Shown piece after piece: positions 41,356 through 54,200 of a stretch of DNA of 64,000 nt. The notes beneath the pieces were generated by a model that searched no databases, was not told the DNA's origin, and saw only the letters and a program-made list of their open reading frames with translations. Within the stretch, counting starts at the first letter, position 1; every line of letters begins with the position of its first letter. Both the position numbers and the translations under genes were made by a program. Origin of the DNA: Octopus vulgaris (taxonomy: Eukaryota). The stretch is taken from assembly GCA_951406725.2 (NCBI GenBank), contig OX597823.1, positions 77,996,001-78,060,000 on the forward strand, read 5' to 3'.

Positions 41356-42020
41356 TTTTGTCCATTAATCTGACGATTCTTGCAATCCATTGCCTTTGAC
41401 CAATCCATCATTCTCAAGTAAATTCGGTATGAACCTCATTAATTTCATTCTCTTTTATCTGTCTCCCAGTTAATTTCGATGGAGAATTGAGTTTATAGTT
41501 TGACACGGATGTTATATTCTTCTTCAGCTGAACTTAAATGAAACTAACAAAACAACATTAATCATGTGTTTTACTATTTTCTTCTAATGATAAACTGTAT
41601 CTCTTCACTGCGAGTTGGACTGACTCCACATTAGTTAATATATCTTCACCATAGAGAGTGAGAAGTACTGATGACAGGTTACAAATTGTCAATCCTTCAG
41701 CTATTGATTGGGTCACCTGAAGCTTTAGACTACCATATAGCAAAAGAGAAAGTGCTGCTCAATATATTTTCTGATCTTAACAAAAGATTTGAAAATTTGG
41801 TTAAAATAGAAATAGGTTCCAGTATAAGTTGTTAAGGAAATAGACATGTATGGGAAAAGTCATGTATTTCCTGTTACTAACCACATGAGGTTTGAGGTTC
41901 ATGGAACCTTGCTCATGTGTTTTCTACAATAGCTCCAGAGGTGACTTAAGTCTTGAGAGTGGAATTGGTTGATCAAAACTGAAAGAAGACCATTATGTAT
42001 ATATGTATCTACTTGATATA

Positions 42021-42061
<41 letters not shown>

Positions 42062-42662
42062 TATTTTCTCCTTGGCTTGGCTTCACATGGTAGCTGTAAA
42101 CAAGTGCCACCATCATGCAAGCATTATCTTTCATTTCCGACCTTTTGTGGTACCATGTCTTGGCATGAGGAAATATTAACTGTTTTGGAAACAGGTGAGG
42201 TTTGAAGTCAGGAAGGGCATCTGGTCTTAGAAAATCCATCTCAACTAATTCCATCCGACTCATGCAAGTATGGAAAAGTGGATGCTAAAGCGATGGTAAA
42301 TTAGCTGATAATACAAATACATACACACACACAAATATATAAATATATATATTTACCATAGGCTTCTTTCAGTTTCCATTTGCAAATGTCACTCACAAGG
42401 CTTTAGTTAGGATATGACGGAAGCCACTTGCCCAAGATGCCACAACCATGTGGTTGGGAAGAAAACTTCTTAGCTACACAGTCATACAGAAGTTCATCAA
42501 GTGTTACCTAAAATCTTTGGAAAATGAAAAAACCAAATTGGAAATTAGGAATTTGTGTTTCTGTCTGTATAAAAATAATGAATAAATTTCAACCAAAATT
42601 AAAAGCATGCTAAGTGGAATCAAGCATGCAATACTAGATACACCAAGGGGTAACTTGATCTG

Positions 42663-42702
<40 letters not shown>

Positions 42703-44123
42703 GTTGAATACTGAAATCCATATTTTACATAATTATTGTGTGATCAAATGAACCCCATCATTTTTGATGGGTACTCTGCTAGGCATCTAATAAGAATTGG
42801 TTATAACAAGTGAAGGAACAAAAGAAATGTCTTACTGCTGCAGAAGCAAGGCAAGAAAAAGACAGAACAGACTCGAAGAAGCTTGAGATTACCAAAGTAA
42901 TAAAGCAGGGTGGGGTGTGCAGTGTTAGAGAGCGGTGATCATAGGCACTGTACTGTTTCAATGGGCATTAAATCAGTAATGGTAATGAATACACTAATGA
43001 TATTGTTAAAAGCGTTGTATATACATCACATCAAACATTTCCAGTTCTGTTATTGCTCCCGTTACATTACCGTGACTCAATCAGAGAAAAACAATTATCT
43101 ATGTAAAAAGTCATTAATTCTGCAAAAACCATTAGTCTCGTAGAGGTTCCAACATCTTACATCTTGATAACATTCCTAGAACTTTCAAGTCGTAAAGATG
43201 CACTTTCACTGATTCTGTCTCAATGTCTTTAACTAATGGCATCATGATGTTAAACTCTAGAACAAAATCAACAGACTGAATATGAAGTATCAAAATTGTA
43301 AATGAACGCACAATAAATGAACTGTGTTAGTAAAGCGCTCATTCCCCCACCAATCCGCTAGAGTTCAAATGATAAGTGACCTTGTTTGAAGGAAATCAAG
43401 AATCGCAATAATAAATTTATCCCTTAAAATTAAAATTAGAATATAAAAGCATTTTATCATAGTTCATTTAAAGTTTTTATCCTGTTTCAAGTATTAGTTA
43501 ATTTGCAAACTAAATCTTCTAAACTCCGTCTTTTGAAGTGTAATTCTTATCTGGAAATAAATTACTTTGATTCTGAAATTAACCACTAGTCCAGAAAAAA
43601 AATTTCTGCTATAGGTTAGTAGTTTAATTATTTTACTTAACTTTTATAATTTGATTTCATTCTCCATATCATCGTAATCATCATCATCATTGTAGTCAAC
43701 TGTCAATGATAATGTATACTTTAATGTGCTGAAATTATTGTTGGTGGGTCTGCAATCCAATATATTTTGAACTCGGAAGTCTTTAATATTGCATTCTGCA
43801 AGTGGAACAATAATATTATAAGGCTTAAGCTAATTGTCAAATCTCAGGTGTTACTTCCTTAGCTATCCACCCCACCTAAATAAACAACCCACGTTTCTTG
43901 TACTACTCTCTACACAGTCAAAGCACTTTCTACCCAACATACAAAATCAATTTTACATTAAATTTTTACAGCAACACAGCTGTTTCCTGGAATATATCTA
44001 CTGATGTTTTCAATACTCAGGTGCACATTGCCACTTAATTTGTATCTGAAGTTCATATTACACACCTACTGTCTTATACTTATCCCTCGATGCACATTAT
44101 AGTATGCATATGCATGTTCAAAT

Positions 44124-44158
<35 letters not shown>

Positions 44159-44163
44159 GTGTG

Positions 44164-44203
<40 letters not shown>

Positions 44204-44305
44204 TATGTATATATATATATATACATATATATATGAACACATATATGCATACATATATGCATACATACATTCATACATACATACATACATACATGCATGC
44301 ATACA

Positions 44306-44336
<31 letters not shown>

Positions 44337-45085
44337 CGAGTTTACTTATGGGTGGATGCATTGCTCTGTTAATGAATGTGCATTTGTCTGTTTGTTTTAC
44401 ATTCATTTCTCTATACTAAAGGGGTTTAGATGAATGTATTAGTCAAGCATTGTTTTATGACTTGATACCCTTCCTGATCCTAAACCTTACCAGTTTCTCA
44501 AGTATGGAATTACTCAATCTATGGTGTTGTGATGTCATAAGGCGAGCAGAAAACTTCTAAAAAAATTTCTATGCAATAATATCATAAAAATGTCTTGATT
44601 AATCAAGCACTGATATTAGGTACAGGTGTACATTGGGGTGTAGGCATGGCTATATGGTGGAGATGTTTGCTTCACAGCACATTGTTTAAGGTTCAATCCC
44701 CCAGTTTGGTACCTTGGGCAAGTGATTTCTATTACAGATCCAGGCTAACCAAAGACTTGAGAATGGATTTGGTAGACTATTTATTAAAATGCAAAGTTAT
44801 GAGTTTTTATGTGATGTCAATGTAAAAATAGTCACAGAAAAACCTATACAACTATAAAATACATACATACACACATATACGTGCACAATTTTTTTCAATC
44901 AAATTTCACTCACAAGGCATTGGTCAGCTCAAGGCTGAAGTAGAAAACCCTTGCCCTAGATACCAGACAATTTTTTTTAATTGAAACTGTACTGAGATTT
45001 TGTTTTGCAACTCTAGTTTCATGCCACTGTGATCTTCAGGCAAGAACTCAAGAAGTATTACAGCTTGGTCTTAGTGGTGTATGTA

Positions 45086-45931
45086 CACGGTGCAGTGGGT
45101 AAATTGTCACCATTCAATATTCCAGAATTCGTGCATGTGCATTGTTTGTCAACTACACAGTATAGTAGGCTCAGTTGGGCACCTTCTGTGAGAAAAAACA
45201 GCACATTAATGCCAATTCATTCTGCCAGAAATTTGGAAACTACATGCTGTACTCTTGGCAATATGACCATTTCAGACTGTTTGGGTGTCAGTCTCAGGAC
45301 ATGTATCGAGAATGATAAAAAGCAGACATCCTGTCAACATCATGGTGTTTGGAGTGATCACTAGTGATGGTGACGTTATGCCTCCATTCATCTTCCTACA
45401 TGGCCTCACACTCAACACAGAGGCCTATATTAAGTGCCTGGAGGTGGTAGTGCTGCACTGGGTCAAGAGGGTGGCTGCTGAAGGACCCCCATGTCTGGCA
45501 AAAGGACTCTACCCCATGCCACACAAGCAGGAGAACACAGTCATGGCTGTCAGATAATTTCTGTGACCACATCACCCCTAACATCTGACTACCTAACTCT
45601 CCAGATTTCAACCATCTTGATTATTATGCGTGGCACACAGTTGAGTTAGAGACTAACAAAACTCCTTGTAGCACCAAAGATGAACTGAAGGCAAGGATTA
45701 TGGCAGCATTCACCAACTTAAACAAGGAGACCATCCAGAAGAGTTGCAGCAGATTCCGAAGTCATCTTGAGGCTGTGGTTGAAGCCAATTGTGATTTTAT
45801 TGAATAGATTTACTCTTTAGTATTTCAAGATATTTTTATGTAATTTTAGTAAATATGTCTGTTAAAATGAGATGTCAGTGTTATTTTCATTTTTTGCATA
45901 ATTTAGACAACAAATTATTCACCCCACCCTA
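45086..45931 (+). mobile_element. Internally deleted Tc1/mariner element, DD37D (maT) type; transposase pseudogene about 45310-45807
   Basis: IMVFGVITSDG..VWQKDSTPCH..NI*LPNSPDFNHLDYY..EAVVEANCDFIE*; 37 residues counted between the second and third D; degenerate TIRs cacggtgcagtgggtaaattgt / acaaattattcaccccacccta, flanked by TA. Confidence 0.88.
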
Positions 45932-46268
45932 TATATATTTTGGTTTGTAGTCTAGTACTTGTGTTTGTTCATTGGATTACTAATTTTTTTTCTGATTGGA
46001 TGGTGTTTTTTCTGGCCTCTTCATTAGTTGGTTCTGTTAATTTTTGTGATGTGGTGTTGGAATTTCCTGCAATTGTTGGCAGGGTGTGTGTGTTATTAGT
46101 TTGTTTAGAACTTCTTAGCTGGCTGACTGGGTGGCTGGCTGGCTGGTGAAGGGTCTTTTTTTGTTGTGGTTGAGTTATGCTTTGCTCTCTATTTATTTTC
46201 TTACCTAAAGATTACAGTGATACGAAACAGAAGTCAGAAAACAAATTCTCAGCTTCAATAAAATAAAT

Positions 46269-46300
<32 letters not shown>

Positions 46301-46303
<3 letters not shown>

Positions 46304-46525
46304 GGAGTGGCTGTGTAGTAAGTAGCTTGCTTACCAACCACATGGTTCTGAGTTCAGTCCCACTGTGTGGTACCTTGGGCAAGCGTAACTTACGGGTTCA
46401 GCAAAAAGAAACCAATAGATTAATTACTAGACTTACAAAGAATAAATCCTGGGGTTGATTTGTTTGACTAAAGGCGTTGCTCCAGCATGGCTGCAGTCAA
46501 ATGACTGAAACAAGTAAAAGAGTAA
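46301..46525 (+). mobile_element. SINE family A, internally deleted
   Basis: Head gcaggagtggctgtgtagtaag joined directly to the 3' half after accttgggcaag. Confidence 0.88.
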
Positions 46526-47730
46526 AGAAGAGAGTATATATATACACACACACACTATATAAGCACTAGAATAAAGTATCTCTACAAGGAATATAATTAA
46601 AGTTGAAATTTCACTAGCACTACTCTGAGTTTCACTTTTTGATCTTGTAGTACAGATTTAATAATGGAAATATATTTATATACGTATGGTACCAGCACAA
46701 TGTCACAAAATATCTGCAAAGAAACTCGTAACATGATTGGTTGTTGGCATCCTATAAAGCCATCACTGATATAAAATGCAGTTATAAATGAAAAATGGAA
46801 AATTATAAATTTGATGAGTTGAAAGAAATAAAGATAGAGAATAGGGCAAAATAGAAAAGATTAAAGAGTTTTGAAGCAATCATATATTATATTGAATTAA
46901 ATCTATCCATGTGTGCGTGTGGGCATGTGTATGTGTGTGTGTATAATGGATGGATATATGATATATGCATGTGTGCTTGTATGTAGTTATGTATGTATGT
47001 ATATGCAAGTATGTTGATATGTATGAATGTATGATATTTTTAAAGAAAAATAACAATGCTATTTCAATGGTGTATGGGCTGAAAAGATAAAAAAATGAGA
47101 AGAAAAATATGGAGAAAATAAAGACGTAGAGGAAAAGAGAAGAGAATGGTGCTATTATATAATATGTTGCTTTAAAGAATAACTTATATAATGTTATATT
47201 TAAAAGTGAGTGAAGAATTGAGAGGAAGTAAGGAAAGGAGGAAAAGGAAAAGAAGAAAGGGAAAAAAAGTTTTCGGATGCTCAAATATCTTGATACAGAA
47301 AAGCAATGTAAACAATAATTGTAAAGTGTGAAATCTAAAAACATAAAATTAATTATGAATAATCAGTGGTGCATAAATGTCGATATGTAAATGTTTGATG
47401 AATGCAACAAGGGAAGTAACTCTATTGGCTCTATTGGATTTCCAAACAAATTTGAATTGGATTTTAAAGCACGTTTCAATTGGATTACAGGTGGTGGTTG
47501 ATATTAGACAGAAATTCAACAAAGCTTTAGGCAATAGAATAGCTGACTTTTATATTATGGCTGTTAAATATCCATTGCTATTTGTGATATTTATGGATAT
47601 GGTGATGTAAAATGTTTAAGAAATTTCTGCCTATACAAGTGCTTACTTCAAGATTATATGTGGGTTTTGTCATAAGAAATTGTATTTTATATTTTCTTTT
47701 TGAGTTATAATAATAATAATAACAATAATA

Positions 47731-48030
47731 GTTATTATTATTTTTTTTTTTTTAAACTTTTAACCTGAATGTTTGTTACAGTCACTTGCTGAGACACACC
47801 CAGTGTCCTGGGGTGAGTGAAGGATAAGAGATGCTACTGTATGACTAAAATCTTGGGGAGCTAGTGAAATATTTTCATGTAACACAACACAAACATTTAA
47901 ATGGATAGGGTTTTTCTAAACATATGGGCAGTACTTGTCAGCACAATCTCTTGGATTCCTCTGAGACATGGTTCTCCTGGGATTTTTTTCTAGATGTTTC
48001 TGACATCCCTTTCTTATCATACCTTGGGTA
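47731..48030 (-). mobile_element. Second R4/Dong-like 3' fragment
   Basis: Minus translation GMIRKGCQKHLE/IPGEPCLRGIQEIVLTSTAHMFRKTLSI* parallels the C-terminus of 2603-3316; ends in poly(A)+taataataa. Confidence 0.7.
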
Positions 48031-48137
48031 CATTTTATTCGTTTTTATTTTTTATTCCTTTCTTCTTTTCCTTTTTCTCCTTTACTTAGTTCCTCTCAGT
48101 TCTTCACTCACTTTTATCATAACTATTATTATTATTA

Positions 48138-48178
<41 letters not shown>

Positions 48179-48508
48179 TAAGGTTGTGAGATGGTAGAAT
48201 TGTTAGATTGCCAGAAAAAAGGCTTTATAGCATTTCTTCACTTCTGTACTTTTTGAGTTCAAATGCTCTTGAATTTGATATGGCCTTCCATCCTTTTGGT
48301 ATCAATGTAATTCGACTTCTTCCTCCCCTCAAAATTCTGGATTTCTTTCTGACCTTTTTATATTCAGAGTTCTTATCTCACTGAGTCAAGTTTGCTTTCC
48401 ATCCTTTCTGTATTGATAAAATAAAGCGCTTGTCAAATACGGAGGATTGGTATAATCAACTTCTCCATTCAAAATTACTAGCTTTGTACCAAAATTATAA
48501 TAATAATA

Positions 48509-48539
<31 letters not shown>

Positions 48540-48548
48540 TAATAATAA

Positions 48549-49105
48549 ATGCCCTGATGCAGTACCAGGCAGTGGCTCTCATGGCTTCTGATCTTAACTG
48601 ATTGGAAGTGTTATCATGTACATTGTTTTGTCTTGGTATAAAAGATGGGCTACAGCAAATATTCTGCTCAATACCACAGATTTGCTTGTCAGTTGTTTGA
48701 CCTTAACCAGTTGAGCATGTCCCTTGGTGGCTGACGATATGTGCATCTCTGATCACGAGCAGAAGTAGTGGGGGAGCATCATAGCCATGTGTTGAGAGGG
48801 ATTCTTTGGGGTTTGAATAGTTCACCTCTGGAAACATGGGTGGTTCTTTCAACATCCTTAAACAACCCTTATTCAGGGACCGTTTGAGCGGGATGGGCTA
48901 CTCAACCTGAAGAAAATTCTAACTGGGCCCCACCTGCAAGGTCATGTGCTGTTTATCTTGATATGAGATCACCATGTCGCGCACATATGGTTGTGATGCA
49001 TGTGCCTAGTGTACCCTTATCAGACGGGTAGTCATGATGGGTATATTGGGCTTCGTATATTTTACCCCAGTGTCACTTTGATGGCATGAACTGCTCTCTC
49101 ACTCA
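48549..49105 (+). mobile_element. Non-coding ~555-bp element embedded in (AAT)n
   Basis: GC-richer block with sharp edges, (AAT)n on both sides, no ORF in the track, no TIRs seen; orientation inferred from the AAT tail. Confidence 0.65.
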
Positions 49106-49129
49106 ATAATAATAATAATAATAATAATA

Positions 49130-49181
<52 letters not shown>

Positions 49182-50631
49182 TGGTGAAATGCACATGAAT
49201 TAGCACATCGGGTGAAATGCTTAGCAGTATTTCATTTGCTGCTACGTTGTGAGTTCAAATTCTGCCAAAGTCAACTTTGCCTTTCATCCTTCCAAGGTCG
49301 ATAAAATAGGTGCCAGTTGAACACTGGCGGTGATGTAATTGACTCATTCCCACCTCCCTCAAGCTACCCTTGAGGAAAAAAATTTGAAATAATAATAATA
49401 AAAATTATAATAATAATAATAATTATTATTATTATTATTATTATCATTATTATTTTTATTTCTCATATACTTAATCTTATCTTTAAAATGACTCCATAAT
49501 AAACATTGATTTACCTGTCAAGCATCTTATGAGATGCTAGATAGTAATACTTAGAGGTAATTTTAAAAAAATCAACCTGTCATTGGTTCAAATTCCTGTT
49601 TATATATTGTATTATGACTACATTAGATTTTTATTGTTATTTCCATGTATTTATATTTAAAGTGCTGTCAAAAATATAGGTTATGTTACAATTAACTGTA
49701 TTTCCTAAGTTCAAATATTTGCATAGACTTGCATAGATTAATGATATTTTTCCTGAATTTGCAAAATTCCTCTTTATAAGTCACACTTAGTCTACACTGA
49801 ATTCATCTTTTTTCTTTTGTTTTTGAATGGTGGGCTTTACAGCTATGATAGCCTTTTAATCCAGTGTAACCTGCACAGCCAACACACTCATACATTTAAA
49901 AGAAAGTTTAATCAATTCTTTCAGACAGATAGAACACTCATGAATAAAATTATAAACAGACTAATTGCTGAGATTTTTCAATGTAAAGTACTATTAGACA
50001 TTATCAGATCTGATTTGAGAGAGAAAAGAGAAACACAGCTTGTCTTTGACAACAGAGAAAGAAAAATATATATGTAAATCTTGTGATGCGGGTGATTCTT
50101 CAATTTAAGTGTTTTCTAGAATTTTCTTTTAATTCTTAGTTTTTATTTATTTATTTATTTATAAATGATTAGCAATCAATTGCTATTTCTTAAATGGTAG
50201 CTTTTGGCTAGCAAAAATTTTATCAGAGCAGCAGGCCAAAGAAGAAGCCCATGCATGATCACCTACATGCCAAAACAATATCATCCAATTGTCCCTCATA
50301 TTAATTTATCATAAAACACTAGTAGCAGGCTTAAGAAGGATTATATAATTGCCTGCTTACTAGAAATAGTAGCCAACTGTCCCTGAAATCAACTGATTAT
50401 AGAACACTTGTAGCAGATCAAAACAGGAGACTTTACATGACTGCCCACATGCTAGAAATATAACCAATAGTTGACAAAAGACCAAGATATCTAGCACTTC
50501 GCTGTATTCTAGAAGATCTGCCCACCACAGCAGAATTGTTATATTAAACCACTTTGGTTAATGCTCCCCTCCTAACTGAAGAGGTTTTCTTTTGTCTTAC
50601 ACATTAATTGGTGGCCCTGTTGGTGCTGGTA

Positions 50632-50813
50632 CCATATAAAAAACATCTATGCTGGTTCCACATAAAATGCACCTGTACCAGATCCACATAAAATGCACCT
50701 GTGCCAGATCCACATAAAATGCACCTGTACCAGATCCACATAAAATGCACCTGTGCCAGAGCCACATAAAATGCACCTCTACCAGAGCCACATAAAAAGC
50801 ACTTGTGCTGGTG
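50632..50813. repeat. 26-bp tandem repeat x~7 inside a family C copy (50612-50997)
   Basis: Unit ccacataaaatgcacctgt(a/g)ccaga(t/g). Confidence 0.93.
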
Positions 50814-51595
50814 CCATTTAAAATGTGCCCAATACACTCTGTAAAATGGTTGGCATTTGGCAGGGTATCCAGTCATAGAAACCAAGCCGAAAGACATGAA
50901 TGGAACTTGGTGCTGCTCTCCAGCTTGCCAGCTCTAGCCAAACCATCCAACCAATGCCAGCATGGAAAACAGACGTTAAATGATGTTGATGATGATGTCC
51001 CTCAAATCACACTTCACTGCTTTAATATGGAAACACACATTAGATATTGCAGTTCTAGATTAACCTCCTAAAATGACAGTCTCTCCTCAACTGCAGTGTC
51101 TTTAATCCTGGGTTTACTTGACATAGTGCAAAACAATGATAAGAGCATTACAAAATGTTAGTCTATGTTAGAGTTCTGACAATTTGTCAGTATTACTATG
51201 TATTTTTTTTTTTTTTTTTTACAGTTTTGCCTTGTGTAAATGTTTTAAAAAATCTGGAAAGTATATGTCAAGTTTTTTTAATAAAAATATACGTGATAAG
51301 AAATTAGAAAAATCGATGTTCTGGTTAATTACTCATGATCATTACTATCATGAAAATACTTAGCCTAGTGGTTAGATTCAAGATAAAGTGTAGCAATCTC
51401 AGTAATTAAAATATCATAGAAACTGGTTGAACTCTGGCCTTATAAGTTCTAGGTGTCGTCACAGACCTTAATTGTTACTATCAAAAATGTTGACCTGTCA
51501 GCTCATAAGTAATAGTAAAATTTACTGGACATTTTGGAGTAATGTGTTTTGCTTAATTTGTTTTTAGGTTGTGTTGGTTATTTAGCTCTCTTACA

Positions 51596-51826
51596 AGGCA
51601 GTGAGCTGGCAGAAACGTTAGCGCGCTGGGTGAAATGCTTAGCAGTATTTTGTCTGTCATTACGTTCTGAGTTCAAATTCCGCCGAGGTCAACTTTGCTT
51701 TTCATCCTTTTGGGGTCGATAAATGAAGTACCAGTTTCGCACTGGGGTCGATGTAATCAACTTAATCCCTCTGTCTGTCCTTGTTTGTCCTCTCTATATT
51801 TAGTCCCTTGTGGGTAGTAAAGAAAT
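51596..51826 (+). mobile_element. SINE family B
   Basis: Full copy; tatttagctct duplicated in the flanks. Confidence 0.9.
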
Positions 51827-52042
51827 ATATTTAGCTCTTTGATGGCAACATAGCCTCTGTTATTCAGGATATGCTCACAGCATGTTACTTTATTTTATTT
51901 TATTAAATTTGTCATAAAAGATAGTACAAAAATTAGGTAGCTTTGCAGGCTGGACAAGACATTAATGAAATGAATGATAAGGATGGGAGAAGACAGAAAG
52001 TGCCCACCGACCCTCTGCTTCTCTGTAACATTGTTCTTTCAC

Positions 52043-52243
52043 AAACATACATTGAGGTATTAAACCTCTTACATTTTTCAATACTTAAACATATATTGAG
52101 GTAATAACCCTCTTACAATTTTTCAATATTAAACATATACATTAAGGTATTAAACCTCATTACAATTTTTCAACACATACAGTTTATTTGGATTAAAAAG
52201 TCCATTTCAAATTTAACACATACGTGAGGCAATAAACCTCTTA
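52043..52243. repeat. ~44-bp imperfect tandem repeat (3 units plus 1 displaced)
   Basis: aaacatacattgaggtattaaacctcttaca(a)tttttcaa units. Confidence 0.85.
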
Positions 52244-53371
52244 TACTAATCCCCACTTAAATCTCTTGCAGGGATTAAGCATGTTACTTAATAGATTTTA
52301 TATGTTGCCTGGTTTAAAACCACTTCATACTTTTTGCAGGGACCACTTTTGGAAGTTGGTCTTCAATCTGGGTGTAACTGCTGACCTATATCCCAGCAAT
52401 TTCAGAGGTCTTGAATTAAAAACAAAGAAATTTTTGGATGTTGCTTTTTCTTCCTCTCTTAAATGCACAAGTCTCTGATATCCAAGAGGTTAAAAAGTGT
52501 CATTTGAAGGGCACCCAAGAATCATGACCATGCTGTGGCCTGGCCCCCTTTGAGTGTGAGAAGTTAAGGACTGAAACACTTGCCTGAGAGGAGTTTCTTT
52601 TTTGAAGAACTTCTGCAGCTCAACTCGAGAGTTTCTTACCACTAAATTAAAATAATTAAAACTAAAATATGTATACATATTCATTTGAGTAGCGCATACT
52701 AATGAAGGTATGTCATACATTTTTCAATCCAGGCAAAGACCTAGTAAAAATACATTCATGTATGAAAGAGCTTCAACAAGGCAGCGCTCACCTGCTAGAA
52801 ATAGCAGCCAACTCACTCTCTGTTATCTTCAAATAGGTAGGGGACATTGGATAATCTAGTCTTCGATACATGATACTTGAACAATAAGAAGAGATAGTCA
52901 CAGCTGGATTGCCTATTAATACAAGTTTTTCCATTCATCCATTTCTTTGTACAAAAAGCTGCTACCTTTTAAAATGTCTTTCCCTTCTATTTCGTACACA
53001 AAGTAAATTAAATTTCATAATACTTGTACCAGTTTAACTCACTAATATACTCAACTACTTCCTGTCAGTTTACAAGTGACTTTTTTGGACAATACCTCTT
53101 CTACTCAGATGTAATCGTGTAAAAAGAAAAGTGTTCTTTTCCATGAATTAATGCAAATATCTGAATTTGCAAAAATACCTAATTCACTTTAGTAGTCTTT
53201 CAAGTGGATTTGTTCTTGGCTTTTTAAGCTACAAAACTTCTCGTTATTTTGTTACCATTTCTTCTTTTCCTCTTCTCTGTCTCGGTTTTCTAATGGCATT
53301 GTGCAAGGTGAATGCATACAGCTTTTATATAACATACAAACATATAAATTTATTGGTTTACACACTGATTG

Positions 53372-53632
53372 GCTGGCAGTCTGGCGGTGAGCTGGCAGTC
53401 TGGCGGTGAGCTGGCAGAAACATTAGCACGCCGGGCGAAATGCTGAGCGATATTTCGTCCGGCGTTATGTTCTGAGTTCAAATTCCACCGAGGTCGACTT
53501 TGCCTTTCATCCTTTCAGGGTCAATTAAATAAGTACCAGTTACGCACTGGGGTCGATATAATCAACTTAATCCATTTGTCTGTCCTTGTTTGTCCTCTCT
53601 GTGTATAGCCCCTTGTGAGCAGAAATGAAATA
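53372..53632 (+). mobile_element. SINE family B with 19-bp tandem-duplicated 5' end
   Basis: gctggcagtctggcggtga x2, then gctggcagaaac. Confidence 0.9.
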
Positions 53633-53850
53633 AGTATAAGAGATATAAGTTGAGCTAGTAGAGTCATTAGCACAGTGGATGAAGTGCTTAGCTGTATTCC
53701 TTTTGGCTCTTTATGTTCTGTGTTCAAACCCAGTTAGTCAACTTCATTTTCATTCCTTCAGGGTCAATAAGATAAAGTGCATGGCAAGAACCTGAGATGA
53801 TGTAATCGACTTCTCCCCTCCCCTGTAATGGATCAGCATCTGATTCAGGG

Positions 53851-54200
53851 ATGGTTCCAGGTTCAGTCTCACTACAAGGCACCTTGGGCAAGTGTCGTCT
53901 ACTATAGCCTCGGGCCAACCAAAGCCTAGTGAATGAATTTGGTTGACAGAAACTGAAAAAAACCTGTCATATGTATAAGTGTGCATGTGTGTCTTTGTGT
54001 TTGTCCTTCACCACTGTTTGGCAACTACTGTTGGTTTGTTTATGTCCCTGTAACTTGGCAGTTTTGCAAAAGGTACTGATAAAATAAGTAACAGGCTTTA
54101 AAAAGAAAAAGTTCTAGGGTTGATTCATTCAACTAAATATTTTTCAAGGCTGTGCTCCAGCATGGCCACAGTCTAATGACTGAAACAAATAAAAAATAAA
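53851..54200 (+). mobile_element. SINE family A (5'-truncated)
   Basis: ggttcagtc..ggcaccttgggcaagtgtc..ctccagcatggccacagtctaatgactgaaac. Confidence 0.85.

Noticed and set aside
46195-46242. Degenerate hammerhead-like text (ctaaaga..cgaaac..gtcagaaaa) in a TA-flanked block
   Set aside because: Core and stem II too decayed to support, though the context resembles the other modules.
47380-47690. Possible Penelope GIY-YIG endonuclease remnant (IG..FKARFN..SF..AY..CGFC)
   Set aside because: Needs several frameshifts and motif matches are weak; requires a profile search.
40314-50813. 26-27-bp direct repeats suggestive of CRISPR
   Set aside because: Contiguous units without spacers, derived from retroposons, eukaryotic context.
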